Shown: positions 17,983 to 27,147, counted from the stretch's first letter. The stretch: 64,000 nucleotides of DNA from a bacterium (GCA_021825655.1 JAKAGU010000005.1:12400-76399); one strand, 5' to 3'. Program-made: numbers and translations. Notes: a model not told the origin generated them from the letters alone.

Positions 17983-18008
17983 GCCTTTTTATTTTACCCA
18001 AATTAACT

Positions 18009-21000
18009 TTGCCCACTATGCCAGAAGGAGAAAATAGGGTTATTTTATCTTCCGATCTTGAGCCTAAGCCCAGCCGCGAACAACGCCAGGGGCAAGAGGG
18101 GAAAGAACAGCAAAAAGAAAAACTGAAAACGCGGGAATACTTGGACCGGGCGGTTTTGGAATTGAAAAATTTGCTAAAAGATTTGCCCCGAGACTCCAAA
18201 GAAGGCAAGCGCGCAGAGCATACCCTTAGGGCGGTGGAGTGGGCTTTGGGTAATTTGGGGAAAAATGGCGCGGGTGAAGGCAAGTACCGCCTGGAAATGA
18301 AAGACCACGAAGGCAAACCGGCCAAGTGGCCGGAGGGCAGTCCAGCAGTGCAGGACGAAGGCGTGCCCGTGGATGAGTTGATTGATTTGCTGAAAGGCCG
18401 CGCCCAAGAGCTGAATACTGAAGTCAGAAAAAAGGACAGCGTCAAAAAGAAAAAGCAAGCAATGGATGCACTGTGGGAGCGGTATAATTTGGCGCACGAG
18501 GTGGATTTAAAAGACCAGACGCACGATAAGGCCTGGGTGTATAGCCAGTGGGAGCAAGCCAAAAAGGCCTATGAGGCCGCCCAGGAAGCCTATGAATTGG
18601 GGTATGATGCAAAAGGCAAAGAGCTGGACGAACTGGCCGGGGAGCTTTACAAGCGGAGCGAAACTCACTTTCAGGCGCATTTCAGCCATGAGCTGCCTTT
18701 AAGCAAGGAAGAGTCCGACAAGCAGAATGTGCGTACTACCCATGAGGCGTATTTAATTCACCATGACTACCGCAAAACAAAAAACAAAGATCAGGATTAT
18801 CAGGCGGCCATGGATGCCATGGGCAAAAGAAGGGAACTGATTTTGGAAGAAAAGAAAGAGACTGAGATAATCCAGGGGCCGACGGGTCCGACTGAGGGTC
18901 CTGTGCAAGGCCCCACAGAAGGCCCCACAGAATTTATTAAAGGCCCAGAGCGCGTGGCTATTGTTAATGCCGAAGCGCAGGTAGAGCTTTTGGCCCGTAA
19001 GCGCGCCAACGAGAGGCTGACGGAAATGTTCAATGGCGCCGGACGGCTTAAAAAAATGTGGTATCGCGCCTGGGAAGAAGGCTACCGCCAGCAGCTGATT
19101 GACGAAGAGCGCAAGAAAATTTTAGGCGAAGGCAACAAAGCCAACTGGCTAAAGCGCAAACTGTTCGGGGCAAAGGAGTTTGATGCCACGGGCAAGAAAA
19201 ATTTGTTTGCCGGTACGGCTTCGGAAGGCGAAAATAAAACCGAGCTAACGGCTTTGGCTGAGCGGTTTTCCAAAGGCTACATTAAAGAATCGGAAGGCGA
19301 ACAGAAAGAGCAGCTGCAAGACCCCGAATTCAACAGCCAGCTCAATGACTTGGTTTTTAAATATGTGGAAGGCGGACTGTCGGACGAAGAATTTGAGAAG
19401 CAGAAAGATGAGATGATTGCGGCTATCGGTAAAAAATATCCGGAGAGTTTTGCGGCCGGCAAATTGACAGCGGACAATTTTTTGGAGGCGGCGCGGGAGT
19501 TTAAGAAAATCCACGAGCATTCCAAAAAGCTGGCCCGGGTGGATATCAATCTGGGCATAGATTTGGGCAATGCCAAGCAGGCCATCAAAACCCAGGCTAA
19601 CCTAAAATGGACGGACAGGATGATTGCCAAGCTCCAGAAATACCCCGGCATTGGCCATGTGTTTACTCCGGGCAGCGTAGGGTTTGGGGTTTCCGTGGGT
19701 GGCTATTTATTTAAAAAACCTTTGTATTTTGTGGGCGGCGCGGCGGGCGCGGGCGGCATCTTAGGCGGCATGCGGCGCAATTTTGAGCAGAAGCGCGATT
19801 TGGAAATGCACCGCATTGAAGCGGCCATGGGCAATAAGATTGCGGACTATGGACCGGCAGCCAAGCGCCGCCAGGAAATGGAAAAATATGTGCATGAAAT
19901 GAAAAATGCCTCCGAAGTGAGCGCGGAATTGGCCAGTTTGCGCGCGGCTTTCGAAGCCGGGCCCAGCCCTGAAAATGCGGCGGCTTTAACCAAGCTTTTG
20001 GCGGAAACGGAAGCGCGTATGTCGCTTTCCGAAGAACGGCAGCGGGATTTGATTTCTTTTGACGGCGAAACTACGCTGGAGCGCGGCCGGCTGTTTTTGC
20101 TAAAAGAACTCGCCGAGGCCAAAGTAAAGCTGGGTAATAAGGGCTTTGATTCCAATATTGCCGGCAGCCAGGACTATAAAGATTTTATGGCTTCTTTGGG
20201 CGGCAATATGGACAAATTGGAAAAAAGCGAAAAGTACAAGCGCTGGAAAGAAAACACGAAAGCCGCAGCCGTGGGCGCAGTTACCGGATTGGTGGTGGGC
20301 GGCTTGGCCCAGCAGGGGGCAGCGGAAATCGGCGACCGTGTTTCCTGGCTTTCCTGGCTGCGGCCGGGAGGCCGGGCTACGGGCATGGAGCGGCTTTATC
20401 ACTTTGTTAAAGGCGATTTGCCGACCGCGCCTTCGGGTGCGGGTTTGGCTGAAGTGGTGGGGATTGCCGGCGCGCACGGCACTGTTAAGATTGACGGCTC
20501 CACTGAGCTGGTCCAAAATCGGTCAACCGGCTTATGGAATCTGGTGGATAAGGCCGACCATACCAAAATTTTGGCGGAAATGGATATAGATCCCGCATCA
20601 GGACAGCTTACGCCCCGGCCGGGGAGCTTTGACCATAACCTTATTGATTTTTCTTCCCGCACCGCGGGCGGCGGGCACCGGAGCGTGGCCGAATGGATGC
20701 AGGACAGCCGCGCCGGCTTGCCGAAGGGGGCAAATATGGAGCATTTGCATACGGAGATGTTTTACGACAACGACACCCCGGCGCCAAAGTTTGATTTCAA
20801 CGAACTTCGGTTTTACATGCACGCAGATCCTCACGGCAACATTACCATGGATGCGGGCAAGATCCGGGAATACCTGGAAGAGAATTTTTCCCAAGTGTCG
20901 GGTTCCAGGCATGGCGAGCGGGCGTTGGATATTGTCAGTGCCTTTAAAAGCGGGGAGATAAAAATTGCCATCGCACCTGACCCGGACCATCCGGGAGAAA

Positions 21001-22694
21001 TGTTCACTTTCCAGCCAAATGCCGCAACGGGTGAATATGTGCTGCCTGCAGGCAGTGAAGTTGCCAAAATGTTCGGTGTGGACGGCTCGGGCAATGTTAC
21101 CTATAAAGGCAACGGCTTTATGGGCATGATAGAAAACCCCAAAGGCAGTGCCGTTGCCCGCTGGATAAACAGTATCCGTGGCAACGGCGAAGCCATTGAA
21201 ACAGGTCCGGGCCAGCGCGTGATTAATGAGATTACCAGGAAGTATCCGCGCGAATGGTGGATGCCCTGGATTGGCATTTTCAGGCGCAAGGCTCTGGAGC
21301 AAAAGCAGAAAAAAGAATTGGGCGGCGAACAGAAGGGGAAGGGCTCGCCTGGCCAGGAAGGCGAAGGCCACGGCAATGAAAAGCCGATTATTGTGGATAC
21401 GGAAGGCAAAAAAATTGAACCAAAGTTTATCTACTTTGAGGAAGAGGAAGAAACCGAGGAAGCGATAAAGAAAAAGCTGCTGGGTAAAAAGTTTAAACAG
21501 AAGGTGGCTGTGGATACGCGCGGCCAGAAAATTACCAATGACCGCAAAGATTACGGCAAAGACTACCCGCAGAAGTTTCCGTTTAAGGACGAAAAGCAAA
21601 TGGCCGATTATCTGGTCAACGTGCTCAAGGGGACGGGCAAATTTTTTGCCCGGGCAGAAGATTTGGATGCGCTGAAAAAATTGGACCAGGCTGGCAAGGT
21701 GAAGTTTTTGGAGGAGCGGATTAAAAAAGCCCGCACGACCGGCCTGGAGCTGCGCGACGGAGTCATTAAGCCGGAGGCGGCCCAGGAGCTGACCAGTTTC
21801 GTGCTGAACCGGGTCAATGAAGAGTTTGCCAAGTACGGGCAGGCGGGCCGGAGCGAAATGCCGGATGCCAGCAAAGTGCATATTGTCAGCATTTACGAGT
21901 TCCAGGCCCAGGCCGAATTGGGCGGCCGGGACGCTTTGGGCCTGTGTTTTACCCAAAACGGCGAAATTTTCATCAATTATGAGCTAATAAAAGAGGCGGC
22001 GGCCAACAGCGACGAATTTGTCCGTGAATTAAAGCGCACAATTGCCCACGAAGTGGTCCATGGGGGCGCGGCGGCCAACTATTGGGCGTTTGAACAGGAG
22101 GCCGACGGCAGCGACGGGGTGTTTGTGCAGAGGCGCACGGGTTTAAAAATGGTCCGCAGGGAAAACGCTTCCACCGACCTGGTCCGTGAGCGCGGCCGTG
22201 CGCTGAACGAAGCGGTTACTGAAACCCTGGCTAAGGATATTACCGACAGGATATACAAAGACGAAGGCGCCAAACAGGTTACTTACCGCAGCGAGCCGTA
22301 CCAAGATGAACGCAATGTGCTGAAGCTCATGCAGGAAAAATTCCATATTCCGTTTACGGCCTTTGCGGAAGCCGTAGTCAACCGCAAAGCCTTAAAAAAT
22401 TTGGCAGAACTTCTGGACGGCAAGAGCCAGGAAGGTAACAAGGTGGAGCGGCCTCAGTTTATGTCTTTGCTTATGTCGATTATGGATTACGAGCACAACG
22501 AGCATCACTTCGATTACGCCAAGACCAAGCAGCTTATTCAGGGGGCTAAGGGCCTGCAGATAACCCCGGAGATGAAATTGGCTTTCCCGGCATCGCTTTT
22601 GGACCGCGCCGGCAACATCAAAGCCAGTCTGGTTGAGCAGTACGACTTGGTAGACATGGATGCAGTAAGAAAACTCCGTCCCAAAGCCGCCTAA
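18009..22694 (+). CDS. giant protein (1561 aa): charged N-terminus, two glycine-zipper hydrophobic segments, C-terminal HExxH zincin-like motif
   Basis: K/E-rich low-complexity N-terminus with GPTEGP repeats. Gly-zipper stretches GSVGFGVSVGGYLFKKPLYFVGGAAGAGGILGG (~19670-19770) and AAAVGAVTGLVVGGLAQQGAAEIG (~20266-20335). HEVVH at 22047-22061 in the context TIAHEVVHGGAAANYWAFEQE. No signal peptide. Confidence 0.8.
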   Translation: MPTMPEGENRVILSSDLEPKPSREQRQGQEGKEQQKEKLKTREYLDRAVLELKNLLKDLPRDSKEGKRAEHTLRAVEWALGNLGKNGAGEGKYRLEMKDHEGKPAKWPEGSPAVQDEGVPVDELIDLLKGRAQELNTEVRKKDSVKKKKQAMDALWERYNLAHEVDLKDQTHDKAWVYSQWEQAKKAYEAAQEAYELGYDAKGKELDELAGELYKRSETHFQAHFSHELPLSKEESDKQNVRTTHEAYLIHHDYRKTKNKDQDYQAAMDAMGKRRELILEEKKETEIIQGPTGPTEGPVQGPTEGPTEFIKGPERVAIVNAEAQVELLARKRANERLTEMFNGAGRLKKMWYRAWEEGYRQQLIDEERKKILGEGNKANWLKRKLFGAKEFDATGKKNLFAGTASEGENKTELTALAERFSKGYIKESEGEQKEQLQDPEFNSQLNDLVFKYVEGGLSDEEFEKQKDEMIAAIGKKYPESFAAGKLTADNFLEAAREFKKIHEHSKKLARVDINLGIDLGNAKQAIKTQANLKWTDRMIAKLQKYPGIGHVFTPGSVGFGVSVGGYLFKKPLYFVGGAAGAGGILGGMRRNFEQKRDLEMHRIEAAMGNKIADYGPAAKRRQEMEKYVHEMKNASEVSAELASLRAAFEAGPSPENAAALTKLLAETEARMSLSEERQRDLISFDGETTLERGRLFLLKELAEAKVKLGNKGFDSNIAGSQDYKDFMASLGGNMDKLEKSEKYKRWKENTKAAAVGAVTGLVVGGLAQQGAAEIGDRVSWLSWLRPGGRATGMERLYHFVKGDLPTAPSGAGLAEVVGIAGAHGTVKIDGSTELVQNRSTGLWNLVDKADHTKILAEMDIDPASGQLTPRPGSFDHNLIDFSSRTAGGGHRSVAEWMQDSRAGLPKGANMEHLHTEMFYDNDTPAPKFDFNELRFYMHADPHGNITMDAGKIREYLEENFSQVSGSRHGERALDIVSAFKSGEIKIAIAPDPDHPGEMFTFQPNAATGEYVLPAGSEVAKMFGVDGSGNVTYKGNGFMGMIENPKGSAVARWINSIRGNGEAIETGPGQRVINEITRKYPREWWMPWIGIFRRKALEQKQKKELGGEQKGKGSPGQEGEGHGNEKPIIVDTEGKKIEPKFIYFEEEEETEEAIKKKLLGKKFKQKVAVDTRGQKITNDRKDYGKDYPQKFPFKDEKQMADYLVNVLKGTGKFFARAEDLDALKKLDQAGKVKFLEERIKKARTTGLELRDGVIKPEAAQELTSFVLNRVNEEFAKYGQAGRSEMPDASKVHIVSIYEFQAQAELGGRDALGLCFTQNGEIFINYELIKEAAANSDEFVRELKRTIAHEVVHGGAAANYWAFEQEADGSDGVFVQRRTGLKMVRRENASTDLVRERGRALNEAVTETLAKDITDRIYKDEGAKQVTYRSEPYQDERNVLKLMQEKFHIPFTAFAEAVVNRKALKNLAELLDGKSQEGNKVERPQFMSLLMSIMDYEHNEHHFDYAKTKQLIQGAKGLQITPEMKLAFPASLLDRAGNIKASLVEQYDLVDMDAVRKLRPKAA

Positions 22695-22800
22695 GCGAGC
22701 TGTGAGTTTAAATAAACCCCGCCCCCGGAGGCGGGGTTTTTGCTTATTTTAAAAGCGTTATGCTATAATTCAGTCAGCTTCTTTGATAAGCGATATTTTT

Positions 22801-22829
22801 TTGCAAAAACCGGTTACATAGTTTATAAT
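22801..22829 (+). promoter_or_regulatory. promoter TTGCAA-17-TATAAT ending 6 nt before the ftsZ start codon (ATG 7 nt past the -10), implying a leaderless ftsZ mRNA
   Basis: Hexamers and spacing read directly; ATG at 22836 with no room for an SD. Confidence 0.5.
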
Positions 22830-22835
22830 CTAGCC

Positions 22836-24053
22836 ATGAAAAAAGCTAAATTTATGGAAGTAAAGCCCAAAATTGAAAGTTTTGCGAGGATCAAGGTTTT
22901 AGGCATCGGAGGGTCGGGGACGAATGCGGTTAACCGCATGACCGAGCTGGGAGTAAGGGGGGTGGAGTTCATTGCCATCAACACGGACGCACAGGCGCTG
23001 CATAACAACAAGGCAGACCGCAAGGTCCACATCGGCAAAACCATTACTAAGGGTTTGGGCAGTGGCATGAATCCGGAGCTGGGCAGGCAGGCGGCCGAAG
23101 AAAGCGTGGAAGAGTTGGAAGAGGTGATTGATAATTCTGACATGGTATTTTTGACTTGCGGCTTGGGCGGCGGTACGGGCACGGGCGCAGCGCCGATTGT
23201 GGCTGAGCTTGCCAAAAACAAAGGCATCCTGACCGTAGCTGTAGTTACCAAACCGTTTACATTTGAAGGCAGCAAGCGCAAAGAAGTGGCGGAGATGGGC
23301 TATGACAACCTGAAAGACAAAGTGGATGCCATAATCTCCATCCACAACGACAGGATTTTACAGATTATCGACAAAAAGACTTCCTTGGTGGAAGCTTTCA
23401 AAACAGTGGATGAGGTGTTGCGCCAGGGCATTTCGGGAATTTCGGATTTGATTACTACGCACGGGATTGTGAACGCAGACTTTGCGGACGTAAAAAGCAT
23501 TATGCAGGACGCCGGCACTGCGCTTATGGGCATTGGCCATGCTTCCGGCGAAAACCGGGCGGCTGAAGCTGCCAAGTTGGCCATTAATTCGCCTTTGCTG
23601 GAGCTGACCATTGATGGTGCCAAAGGCGTGCTGTTAAACATCACCGGCGGTTCCTCCTTGGGCATGTTTGAAATCGACGAAGCCGCCAAGGTTATTACCA
23701 AGAGTATTGACCCTGATGCCAAGGTGAAGTTTGGCGCGGTTATTGACGAGGAGATGGGTGAAGAAGTGAGGATTACCGTGATTGCGACGGGTTTTGACGA
23801 GGGCAATAAGCGGCCCACTCCCCTGACCATGTCTTTCGGCGAAGAAACAAAGAAGCCGGTTATGGCGGAACCCCGCCAGCAGCCGGCTCACCAGCCTATG
23901 GAAGTCAGGAAGCCTTTGTTCAACCCCAAACCTATTCAGCCCGTACAGCCGGTCCAGCCCGTACAGCCAATACAGCCCATTGAGAGCAAGCCGGCCCAAA
24001 GCGAAGAAGATGAGTTGGAGATACCTGCTTTCATTAGAAAGAAAATGAAATAA
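22836..24053 (+). CDS. ftsZ: cell division protein FtsZ
   Basis: Tubulin signature GGGTGTG, T7 loop, QP-rich linker and C-terminal FtsA-binding peptide (EDELEIPAFIRKKMK). Start placed at 22836 (MKKAKFMEV) rather than track start 22740 because of the promoter. Confidence 0.92.
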   Translation: MKKAKFMEVKPKIESFARIKVLGIGGSGTNAVNRMTELGVRGVEFIAINTDAQALHNNKADRKVHIGKTITKGLGSGMNPELGRQAAEESVEELEEVIDNSDMVFLTCGLGGGTGTGAAPIVAELAKNKGILTVAVVTKPFTFEGSKRKEVAEMGYDNLKDKVDAIISIHNDRILQIIDKKTSLVEAFKTVDEVLRQGISGISDLITTHGIVNADFADVKSIMQDAGTALMGIGHASGENRAAEAAKLAINSPLLELTIDGAKGVLLNITGGSSLGMFEIDEAAKVITKSIDPDAKVKFGAVIDEEMGEEVRITVIATGFDEGNKRPTPLTMSFGEETKKPVMAEPRQQPAHQPMEVRKPLFNPKPIQPVQPVQPVQPIQPIESKPAQSEEDELEIPAFIRKKMK

Positions 24054-24062
24054 AGTCAAAAT

Positions 24063-24095
24063 AAAAAATCCCCCGCTAGCGGGGGATTTTTTATT
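24063..24095. terminator. intrinsic terminator after ftsZ
   Basis: AAAAAATCCCCCGCTAGCGGGGGATTTTTTATT. Confidence 0.65.
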
Positions 24096-24161
24096 GCCCT
24101 TGAAATCGACCGCTGTCTGTGGTAAGCTGGTGAGTCGTCATCCTAAAAGGGGGATTGCTAA

Positions 24162-24671
24162 ATGGGCGGCCGATGGAGAAGCCAAAGGATAAAGTTAAAC
24201 GCACAACAGAAGCGCGAGCAGAGCCTCGCAGAAATTTTGAAAGGAGTAGAAGACCGCAGGGGAAAGAACAGCGCGCTGTATTTTTTACTGAGCGGCAGTA
24301 CGCAGTCCATGGCCGGCTTCAGCGCACAGCAGATCCGCCGGCATACGCGAGACAGCCTGCGGGTCGTTCGCCGTTCAAATTTCCGCGTAGCAGACTCGGA
24401 CATATGGCACGCGCTTGCTTCCAATATCCACGCGCTAGAAGGCCCGGAAGAGGCCCGTGTGCTGGCACAGGAACTCAGCGTTGACCGCCAACTGGTGAAC
24501 TTCGCAGTTCGGGAGACGCTAAGGCGCTGCGAAAATAGCCATAGGCTGACGCCGCAGCTCCTGGAAAAAATAAACGCTTTACGGGCTTACGTTTCGCTGC
24601 CGGCACTGTTGTGGGAGGACAGGCGCATTGCCGAAGCCCGCGCTTACGCAGAGAAAGTGGGAGCTTTGTAA
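24162..24671 (+). CDS. hypothetical protein (169 aa), GC-rich
   Basis: GGGGGA SD 8 nt upstream, followed by a hairpin terminator (CCTTACCAACATTGGGGGAGTGTTGGTAAGG plus T-run); no recognisable domain. Confidence 0.5.
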   Translation: MGGRWRSQRIKLNAQQKREQSLAEILKGVEDRRGKNSALYFLLSGSTQSMAGFSAQQIRRHTRDSLRVVRRSNFRVADSDIWHALASNIHALEGPEEARVLAQELSVDRQLVNFAVRETLRRCENSHRLTPQLLEKINALRAYVSLPALLWEDRRIAEARAYAEKVGAL

Positions 24672-25005
24672 ACCGAATCCTTACCAACATTGGGGGAGTG
24701 TTGGTAAGGATTTTTGTTGCTTGCAATTTTTTTTTATTTGTGCTATAATACATTTAATAGTGCTAGAACTGCAGAGGAAACAAAAACACAACTGAATAGG
24801 GTTAAAAAGAATTTTTTTCGTGGCATTTCAAAGGTCGTCCCGCATAAAATATCTAGAGGCGGGGAAGTGCCTGGCATTTAGAAACCAAAATTTGTGCTTG
24901 TTGGCTCTGTCAATTGGAGAGCGAATAAGCCCGTCCTGGCTTAGTGTCAGGAAAAACAAAAATCCTTGCCGGACAAAATTTTCGGCAAGCCAAAACAAAA
25001 AATAT

Positions 25006-25437
25006 ATGAATCAAGTTTTAACCCGGGAAACGCCGGGTAAAGTGTTTAGCTTACTGGGTGTGGCGCTTTTTTCGCTCGCATTTCTGTTTACCGTCTCTTC
25101 GACTGACGCCAGTTTTGCGGGAACGAAAGCCCAGGTTTATAATCCGTTTTCCACGGAGAACGTGGTGGCGGTTATTGACCAGGCCGCCGCATCCTACAGC
25201 CAGTTCCTTAGCGCCAACTTTATCCAGCCGTTGATGGCGGATTACAGCGTGTATGGAGAAAATCTCGCCTTTGCTTTTAAGGAAAGCGGGATGGCTTACG
25301 CGTTCGGCGTGGAAGGTTTAATGGATAAGACGCAAGCCGCGCCTGCGGAGGGGCAGGTGGCCGGTGCGCATATCGTCAATCCGGAATACCGGCAAGAGGG
25401 TATGAGCTCGGTCTATTCCATGATTTTAAGCCGATAG
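25006..25437 (+). CDS. hypothetical secreted/membrane-anchored protein (143 aa)
   Basis: Internal Met followed by a signal/TM segment (KVFSLLGVALFSLAFLFTV); terminator CCCCGGTTGTGCCCCCGGGG plus T-run downstream. Confidence 0.5.
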   Translation: MNQVLTRETPGKVFSLLGVALFSLAFLFTVSSTDASFAGTKAQVYNPFSTENVVAVIDQAAASYSQFLSANFIQPLMADYSVYGENLAFAFKESGMAYAFGVEGLMDKTQAAPAEGQVAGAHIVNPEYRQEGMSSVYSMILSR

Positions 25438-25594
25438 AAAACAGGAAAGATAAAAATAGATTTTTAAATCCCCGGTTGTGCCCCCGGGGATTTTTGTTTG
25501 CCAAGCCTGTCGGTTTTGAGTATACTGTGAGCACGCAAAAGCTGTGATTCATCACGGCTTTTTTGTACCCAAATTTCCTGAAGGAGGCAGTATA

Positions 25595-26938
25595 GTGCAA
25601 GCACGTTACACCCTTGAACCCATGCAGCGTTTGTGGGGCGACCCGCAAACCAAATTCCAGTTCTGGCTGAAGGTGGAACTCGCCATGCTGAGGGCGAGAC
25701 AGCTTTCCGGCCAGATTACTGAAGACGCTTATAACGCCATCGCGGCCAACGCCAAAATTGACGTGGCCCGCATCGACCAACTCGAAGCCGAGTACCGCCA
25801 CGACATGATTGCTTTTGTCGTAGCTGTGCAGGAGTCCCTGACCGCCGCCGGAGCTGGACAATACAAGGAAGAGCTGCACAAGCTGCTGACTTCCTATGAT
25901 ACCGAAGATCCAGCTATGATTTTGATGCTCCGTCGCGCAGTGGAGCTGGTTCTCACCGAATTGGAGCTGCTTTCCGACGCGCTGTGCGTCAAAGCCTACG
26001 AGCACCGCGAAACGCTGATGATTGCCCGCACGCACGGGCAGTTCGCCGAACCCACTACTTTCGGGCAAGTCCTGCTGGTCCATTACTACGAAATCGATCG
26101 TAGCCTGGGCCGGCTGCGCCACTTGCTTGAAACCGAACTCGCCGAAGGCAAAATGTCCGGAGCTGTCGGTTCCTATGCCGGACTTGATCCGAAGCTGGAA
26201 GCGGCTGCGCTTAAAGAACTGGGCCTCAAGCCGGCCAAGGCCGAAACCCAAATTCTGCAACGCGATCGCCACGCTACGGTTCTGAACACGCTGGCGGTGG
26301 CCGCTGGCAGCATTGAACGCCTGGCCAGGACTTTCTGGGAAATGATGCGTTCAGACACCCAAGAGCTCCAGGAGCCCCGCGGCGCAAAACAGCGCGGCTC
26401 CTCGGCCATGGCCCACAAGCGCAATCCGATTCTCACGGAGCAGCTCATGGGTTTGCCGCGCCTCCTGCGCGGCTATGCCCATGCAGCCATGGAAAACATC
26501 GCTACGCCGGAGGGAAGGGATATTTCCCAGTCCAGCGTGGAACGGCACATCTTCCCCGACGCGACCAGCTTGCTCCATTACATGGCCGCCCGGGCGACTG
26601 CCTTGGTGGCCAGGCTGGTCGTATATCCGGAACGGATGGCTTACAACCTCAACACTGCCTCCCGGGGCGTTTGGGCCAGCCAGCTGGTCCGCACTGCTCT
26701 CATGGAGGCGGGGGTGGACTACAACGCAGCTTACGACTACCTGCAGCAGGCCTCTTTCCGGACCGACCTGACCCTTAAGCAAGCGGTTTCCGAGATGCCG
26801 CTGTCCAGGGTTGACCCGCAAACCGCCCTGTCTGTTCTGGGGCAGGAGAGGCTCGACCAGTGTTTTGACGCCTGGGCCTATGTTCAACCCGGCATCAAAC
26901 ACCTGTTTAGTGGCTGGCTGAAGCCGGAAGTCGCCTAA
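25595..26938 (+). CDS. purB: adenylosuccinate lyase
   Basis: Fumarate-lyase signature SSAMAHKRNPI, PurB N-terminus (RYTLEPMQRLW); GTG start 7 nt after a GGAGG SD; GC-rich relative to flanks. Confidence 0.85.
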   Translation: MQARYTLEPMQRLWGDPQTKFQFWLKVELAMLRARQLSGQITEDAYNAIAANAKIDVARIDQLEAEYRHDMIAFVVAVQESLTAAGAGQYKEELHKLLTSYDTEDPAMILMLRRAVELVLTELELLSDALCVKAYEHRETLMIARTHGQFAEPTTFGQVLLVHYYEIDRSLGRLRHLLETELAEGKMSGAVGSYAGLDPKLEAAALKELGLKPAKAETQILQRDRHATVLNTLAVAAGSIERLARTFWEMMRSDTQELQEPRGAKQRGSSAMAHKRNPILTEQLMGLPRLLRGYAHAAMENIATPEGRDISQSSVERHIFPDATSLLHYMAARATALVARLVVYPERMAYNLNTASRGVWASQLVRTALMEAGVDYNAAYDYLQQASFRTDLTLKQAVSEMPLSRVDPQTALSVLGQERLDQCFDAWAYVQPGIKHLFSGWLKPEVA

Positions 26939-27101
26939 ACCGAAGGCGCGCAGATTTTAGGAGGAAATCTGCGCGCCTTTTCGTTTGACAAAAAAATCCC
27001 GCGCGCGTTAAAAAAGTTAAATTTTTTTATTTTGTGGATATCATATGCCCCCATTCCGTGGTTTGGGCAAAAACCCCAGGTTTTTGGGAATTTTGACCAA
27101 G

Positions 27102-27147
27102 CACTATATGTAGTATTATGATAAGTAAGGTAATCACTAGATATAGT
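27102..27147 (+). promoter_or_regulatory. two tandem NrdR-box-like palindromes (CACTATATGTAGT at 27102-27114; CACTAGATATAGT at 27135-27147) overlapping the nrdR promoter
   Basis: Two ACTA-N-TAGT-type imperfect palindromes spaced 33 nt, directly upstream of nrdR-nrdJ. Confidence 0.5.

Noticed and set aside
18876-18932. Short tandem DNA repeats (GGCCCCACAGAA x2 and related GPTEGP-coding units), considered as a possible CRISPR or repeat element
   Set aside because: Only two to four short, imperfect, in-frame units inside a coding region, encoding a low-complexity linker; there are no spacers or array structure.
20598-21956. 452-aa minus-strand ORF inside the giant gene
   Set aside because: Antisense to a continuous 1561-codon frame; its translation is repetitive and hydrophobic without motifs; it has no promoter or SD.
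22740-22835. 32-codon N-terminal extension of ftsZ as given in the ORF track
   Set aside because: The extension (MLILKALCYNSVSFFDKRYFFAKTGYIVYNLA) is encoded by the promoter region itself, and the TATAAT box lies within it. FtsZ homology begins at MKKAKFMEV.
25376-26272. 298-aa minus-strand ORF overlapping purB
   Set aside because: Antisense shadow of a confidently identified purB in a GC-rich stretch.
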